64,000 nucleotides of DNA from a virus (lineage: Duplodnaviria; Heunggongvirae; Uroviricota; Caudoviricetes), in IMG/VR virus record IMGVR_UViG_2671180890_000004, one strand, 5' to 3'. A program made the translations under genes and the position numbers. This document shows, one piece after another, positions 59,931 through 64,000 of the stretch; positions within the stretch are counted from its first letter, which is position 1, and the number at the start of each line of letters is the position of its first letter. Under the pieces are notes generated by a model, which saw only the letters and a program-made list of their open reading frames with translations, was not told where the DNA came from and ran no database searches.

Positions 59931-60194
59931 GTGTATTCCAGGACCGACTAAAGATAGCGAGAATGGGGACGCATAGTTTATAAAAATCCTAACGCGTACG
60001 CAAAAAGTATTATATCGTGTTAAGAGTGGTTACTTCGCCACACAACTTAAACCCGCCGCTGAGCGGTTTTTTTGTACCTGTAAACCTTGTGCAGTACAGT
60101 AAACACGCTGGTGGTCGTGAATACTGGCTTTTTATCTTGCTGGCTTTTTAGACAAGAGTTATTGGTATGTCATGTTAACCAGAAGGGAAAAGAC

Positions 60195-60398
60195 ATGCTA
60201 AAACAGCAAGATATGACAGAAACCGCCGCCGCAGTCCTTCATTTCTTACCTGCTGACAAGTGGGTAACGCCACGCATGATGACGAGAACTACCGGAGTAA
60301 GCGAAGCCCGGTGCCAGTTAATACTGACTCAGTTAGTTCTGGCGGGTCTGGCGAAGGATAACGGCGGGTACGGGAATAAATTCAGACGCTGCCAGTAA
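60195..60398 (+). CDS. Hypothetical 67-aa protein
   Basis: ORF with AAGGGA RBS upstream of methyltransferase gene. Confidence 0.3.
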   Translation: MLKQQDMTETAAAVLHFLPADKWVTPRMMTRTTGVSEARCQLILTQLVLAGLAKDNGGYGNKFRRCQ

Positions 60399-60548
60399 TG
60401 GCGGTTTCCTGCTGTGAAAATGGGCGGCTGGTGGGTGTTGGTAGCACCTGCCAGCCATTCGCTCATGCTTACTGGTCACAAGCGAACCACGGCCCACTGC
60501 TTTAGCGCAAAAGCAGAGTGAGCCTACCAGAGTTACGCTTACTGATCC

Positions 60549-61601
60549 ATGAAAAATACTGTAAAAATAAACAGTGTTGATTTAATCAACGCTGATTGCC
60601 TGCATTTTATTCAGTCCCTGCCTGATGATTCCATTGACCTGATTGTTACCGATCCGCCTTACTTCAAGGTGAAACCCAACGGTTGGGACAATCAGTGGAA
60701 AGGGGACGAAGATTACCTTAAGTGGCTGGACCACTGTCTGGCCCAGTTCTGGCGGGTGTTGAAACCTGCCGGAAGCCTTTACCTGTTCTGTGGGCATCGC
60801 CTGGCATCTGATATTGAGATCATGATGCGTGAACGTTTCAACGTGCTTAACCATATCATCTGGGCGAAGCCGTCCGGACGTTGGAATGGGTGTAATAAAG
60901 AAAGTCTGCGCGCATATTTTCCTGCCACAGAGCGCGTTCTGTTTGCTGAACATTACCAGGGGCCATATCGCGGCAAAAGTGACGGCTATGCGGCAAAAGA
61001 AAGGGAACTCAAACAGCACATAATGGCACCGCTGATATCGTATTTCAGGGATGCTCGTGCCGAACTGGGTATAACGGCAAAACAAATTGCCGAAGCCACA
61101 GGTAAGAAAAATATGGTTTCCCACTGGTTTGGTGCCAGTCAGTGGCAGTTGCCGAATGAGGCTGACTATCGGAAGTTACAGGCACTGTTTTCCCGTATAG
61201 CGGCAGAGAAGTTTCAGGAACAACAACTGGAACAACCACACCACCAGCTGGTGGCATCTTATGATTCACTGAATCGCAAATATTCTGAATTGCTGGATGA
61301 GTTTAAATCTCTCCGGCGCTATTTCTCCGTATCAGTCTCCGTGCCTTATACCGATGTCTGGATGCATAAACCCGTTCAGTTCTACCCGGGTAAACATCCG
61401 TGTGAGAAACCAGTGGATATGCTCAGGCAAATAATCAATGCCAGTAGTCGACCTGGTGATCTGGTTGCTGATTTTTTTATGGGATCCGGTTCCACAATAA
61501 AAGCAGCAATGGCGCTGGGGCGTCGGGCCTTAGGTGTTGAGCTTGAGTCAGAGCGGTTTAACCAGACAGTGAAAGAGATAAACGAGCTGGTGGGGAAATA
61601 A
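60549..61601 (+). CDS. DNA methyltransferase (N6-adenine/N4-cytosine type)
   Basis: DPPY motif in VTDPPYF and C-terminal [11 protein letters not shown]-binding motif. Confidence 0.8.
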
Positions 61602-61668
61602 TCTGGTGGCCACGTCAGGTGGCCTTTTTATTTCCATTACACAGCACCCGCATCTGCGAGGTGGGGTT

Positions 61669-61884
61669 ATGAAATCCATGGATAAGTTAACAACGGGTGT
61701 CGCCTATGGCACCTCAGCAGGTAGTGCCGGGTACTGGTTTTTACAGTTGCTCGATAAAGTCACGCCCTCACAGTGGGCGGCAATAGGTGTGCTGGGTAGT
61801 CTGGTATTTGGCCTGCTGACGTACCTGACAAACCTTTATTTCAAGATTAAAGAAGATAAGCGCAAGGCTGCGAGAGGTGAATAA
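61669..61884 (+). CDS. Holin (phage 21 S-like pinholin type)
   Basis: 71 aa with two TM segments; start moved to [10 protein letters not shown]. Confidence 0.7.
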
Positions 61885-62381
61885 TGCCTCCATCATTACG
61901 AAAAGCAGTTGCTGCTGCTATTGGTGGCGGAGCAATTGCTATAGCATCAGTGTTAATCACTGGCCCAAGTGGTGACGATGGCCTGGAAGGTGTCAGTTAC
62001 ATACCATACAAAGATATCGTTGGCGTATGGACTGTATGTCACGGACACACCGGAAAAGACATCATGCTCGGTAAAACGTATACCGAAGCAGAATGCAAAG
62101 CCCTCCTGAATAAAGACCTTGCCACGGTTGCCAGACAAATTAACCCGTACATCAAAGTCGATATACCGGAAACAACGCGCGGCGCTCTTTACTCGTTCGT
62201 CTACAACGTGGGTGCTGGCAATTTCAGAACATCGACGCTTCTTCGCAAAATAAACCAGGGCGATATCAAAGGCGCATGTGACCAGCTACGTCGCTGGATA
62301 TACGCTGGCGGTAAGCAATGGAAAGGCCTGATGACTCGTCGTGAGATTGAGCGTGAAGTCTGTTTGTGGGGGCAACAATGA
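61884..62381 (+). CDS. Endolysin, lysozyme with N-terminal signal-anchor-release segment
   Basis: 165 aa; hydrophobic Gly/Ala-rich N-terminus then lysozyme-like core; follows holin. Confidence 0.75.
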   Translation: MPPSLRKAVAAAIGGGAIAIASVLITGPSGDDGLEGVSYIPYKDIVGVWTVCHGHTGKDIMLGKTYTEAECKALLNKDLATVARQINPYIKVDIPETTRGALYSFVYNVGAGNFRTSTLLRKINQGDIKGACDQLRRWIYAGGKQWKGLMTRREIEREVCLWGQQ

Positions 62382-62845
62382 GCAGAGTAACCGCGATTAT
62401 CTCCGCTCTGGTTATCTGCATCATCGTCTGCCTGTCGTGGGCGGTCAATCATTACCGTGATAACGCCATCGCCTACAAAGAACAGCGAGATAAAAAAGTC
62501 AGTGAGCTGAAGGAGGCGACCGCCACCATTACTGACATGCAGCAGCGCCAGCGTTCTGCTGATGCACTCGATGCTAAATACACGAAGGAGTTAGCTGATG
62601 CGAAAGCTAAAAATGATGCTCTTCGGCGCAAGCTTGATAATGGTGGTCGGGTGTTCGTCAAAGGAAAATGCCCTGTGCCATCCTCAGCCGAAACCTCCAG
62701 CGCCTCCGGCATGGGCAATGATGCCACCGTCGAACTCTCTCCAGTTGCTGGACGAAACGTTCTCGGTATCCGGGACGGAATTATCCGCGACCAAACAGCA
62801 CTGAGAACGCTTCAGGAATACATCAGGACGCAATGCCTTCGATGA
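62378..62845 (+). CDS. i-spanin (Rz)
   Basis: N-terminal [18 protein letters not shown] then coiled-coil; downstream of endolysin. Confidence 0.7.
   Translation: MSRVTAIISALVICIIVCLSWAVNHYRDNAIAYKEQRDKKVSELKEATATITDMQQRQRSADALDAKYTKELADAKAKNDALRRKLDNGGRVFVKGKCPVPSSAETSSASGMGNDATVELSPVAGRNVLGIRDGIIRDQTALRTLQEYIRTQCLR
62598..62804 (+). CDS. o-spanin (Rz1 lipoprotein) embedded in Rz frame +1
   Basis: LIMVVGCSS lipobox and Pro-rich mature region nested in Rz gene. Confidence 0.65.
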   Translation: MRKLKMMLFGASLIMVVGCSSKENALCHPQPKPPAPPAWAMMPPSNSLQLLDETFSVSGTELSATKQH

Positions 62846-63471
62846 TAGCGATAATTTTACTCATCATCCTTCACATCTGGCTCTGTAGACAGGATGGTGA
62901 TCACTTCTGGAGTGAATCCAGATTAAACATCTCATTGCTGATGCTTGATATTGAGCATCTTGCGCGCGGTAAGGGGCTGCGTTGAGATAAGAGCCAGTCA
63001 TTACAAATACCAGGATTTAGCCTCGCATTCGCGGGGCTTTTTATTGCCATTACAAAAGCCACTCCCTACAGAGTGGCTTTGATAATGGCTTATACCCTAC
63101 ACGGGATAGCTTAACTGATATCCCTTTTAACGGATAAAGGTATTCAAGCCTGACACATCATGCGCTGTATCGTCGCCGTATTCCCGTATTAACAGAGACC
63201 GTAGCCCGACGGGGAACTCCTTCTGCGCGAGTGTGCGGGAATAATCAAAAACGATGCACACCGGGTTTTTACCGCGTTTATGGTTCGCGGGTTTGTCCCT
63301 CATGCTCGCCAGTCCTGTGCGGGGGTGGAAGAAACAGGACACTTACACAGATTCTTGTGGGCGCGATGCTATGCCTTTCTGGATTATCCCGATGCCATTC
63401 ATGCAAGGCGTTGTATCAGACGTTCGTCAGAGCTGTCAGGCTGACGGGTCCTCCCGGTGGGGTGGCCTGCC

Positions 63472-63492
63472 ACGGGGCGGGAGCGTCGCGGG
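63472..63492. other. Candidate cos-like site upstream of small terminase
   Basis: ACGGGGCGGGAGCGTCGCGGG resembles the lambda cosN-region sequence as recalled; about 170 bp upstream of Nu1-like start. Confidence 0.3.
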
Positions 63493-63660
63493 AAAAGGCT
63501 AGTTTTTGAAATTTCATTCGTCATCACCACTACTGTAATGCATTGATATTACATTGGTTTTATTTTTATGGTGTCGATTTTGATTGTTTTTTGTTCATCA
63601 CTAACACCGTTTGCCTAAAGTTGTTCGCAAGATGCATGTTTAAAACATTCTGGAGCGGGT

Positions 63661-64000
63661 ATGGATCGAGAGTTAAAAAATCTGACGCTGAATATCAGTC
63701 AACTGGCGGCACTGTCAGGTGTACATCGCCAGACTGCTGCGGCAAGGCTGCAAAATCTACCCGTTGCAGGGGGGCATGAAAGCAACCTCAAGCTTTATCG
63801 GGTGGTTGATATTGTGTCGGCATTTCTGGCATTACCACCGCCGGTTGCAGAAGGCGAAATGGACGCGCATGAGCGCAAAGCCTGGTATCAGTCTGAACGT
63901 GAGCGTCTTAAGTTCGAACAGGAAACGGCGCAACTCATTCCGGCCAGTGATGTCAGACGGGAGTTTGCCATCTGGGCAAAAGCGGTCGTGCAGGTGCTGG
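63661..64000 (+). CDS. Terminase small subunit (Nu1-like), 5' part, runs off window
   Basis: Hand translation MDRELKNLTLNISQLAALSGVHRQTAAARLQNLPVAGGHESNLKLYRVVDIVSAFL has an N-terminal HTH pattern like Nu1; not in ORF track because no stop inside the window. Confidence 0.55.
   Translation, partial: MDRELKNLTLNISQLAALSGVHRQTAAARLQNLPVAGGHESNLKLYRVVDIVSAFLALPPPVAEGEMDAHERKAWYQSERERLKFEQETAQLIPASDVRREFAIWAKAVVQVL

Larger units (their letters stand above)
44582..64000. mobile_element. Lambdoid prophage integrated at ssrA, truncated by window end
   Basis: att repeat, integrase/excisionase, cI/cro, replication module, RusA, Q-like protein, lysis cassette and Nu1-like terminase in lambdoid order. 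Confidence 0.8.

Noticed and set aside
63127-63509. Overlapping short ORFs between Rz and terminase
   Set aside because: No RBS or motif support; region more likely holds terminators and the cos site

Overview
This 64-kb window holds two unrelated prophages flanking a short stretch of E. coli-type chromosome. (1) Positions 1 to about 38257 are a Mu/BcepMu-like transposable prophage that runs off the left edge of the window. Its late genes are all on the minus strand: a Gin/Pin-family invertase next to a multi-site invertible tail-fibre region, then baseplate, tape measure, sheath/tube, Mu-type head, terminase, and an SLT-endolysin lysis cassette. A central plus-strand accessory block (P-loop protein, small ORF, Dam methylase) and a divergent repressor/Ner-like pair follow, then a plus-strand early operon (DDE transposase, AAA+ B-like ATPase, Gam-like, MazG-like, GemA-like, Mor-like). 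The element ends with a terminal CA inside gabP, which is truncated. (2) Host genes gabT, gabD, lhgO and csiD/glaH lie at 38.9-43.9 kb on the minus strand. (3) A roughly 33-bp copy of the tmRNA (ssrA) 3' end at about 44582-44614 marks the attachment site of a lambdoid prophage that continues past the right edge: AT-rich cargo, integrase/excisionase, early-left genes, cI/cro immunity region, replication module with iterons, methylase, RusA, KilA-N, DUF968, Q-like antiterminator, an antisense AT-rich two-gene moron, a second methylase, pinholin/SAR-endolysin/Rz/Rz1 and the start of a Nu1-like small terminase. No rRNA, tRNA or CRISPR arrays were seen. The best candidates for an undescribed system are the AT-rich two-gene modules at 58469-59930 and 45040-46228, the membrane protein at 47623-48513, and the P-loop/Dam block at 26250-28543; none could be assigned to a named family from sequence alone. 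All protein-family calls rest on motif and architecture recognition by eye, not database searches. CDS ends follow the supplied ORF track; starts I moved are computed from that track, while repeat, att and junction coordinates were hand-counted and may be off by a few bases.
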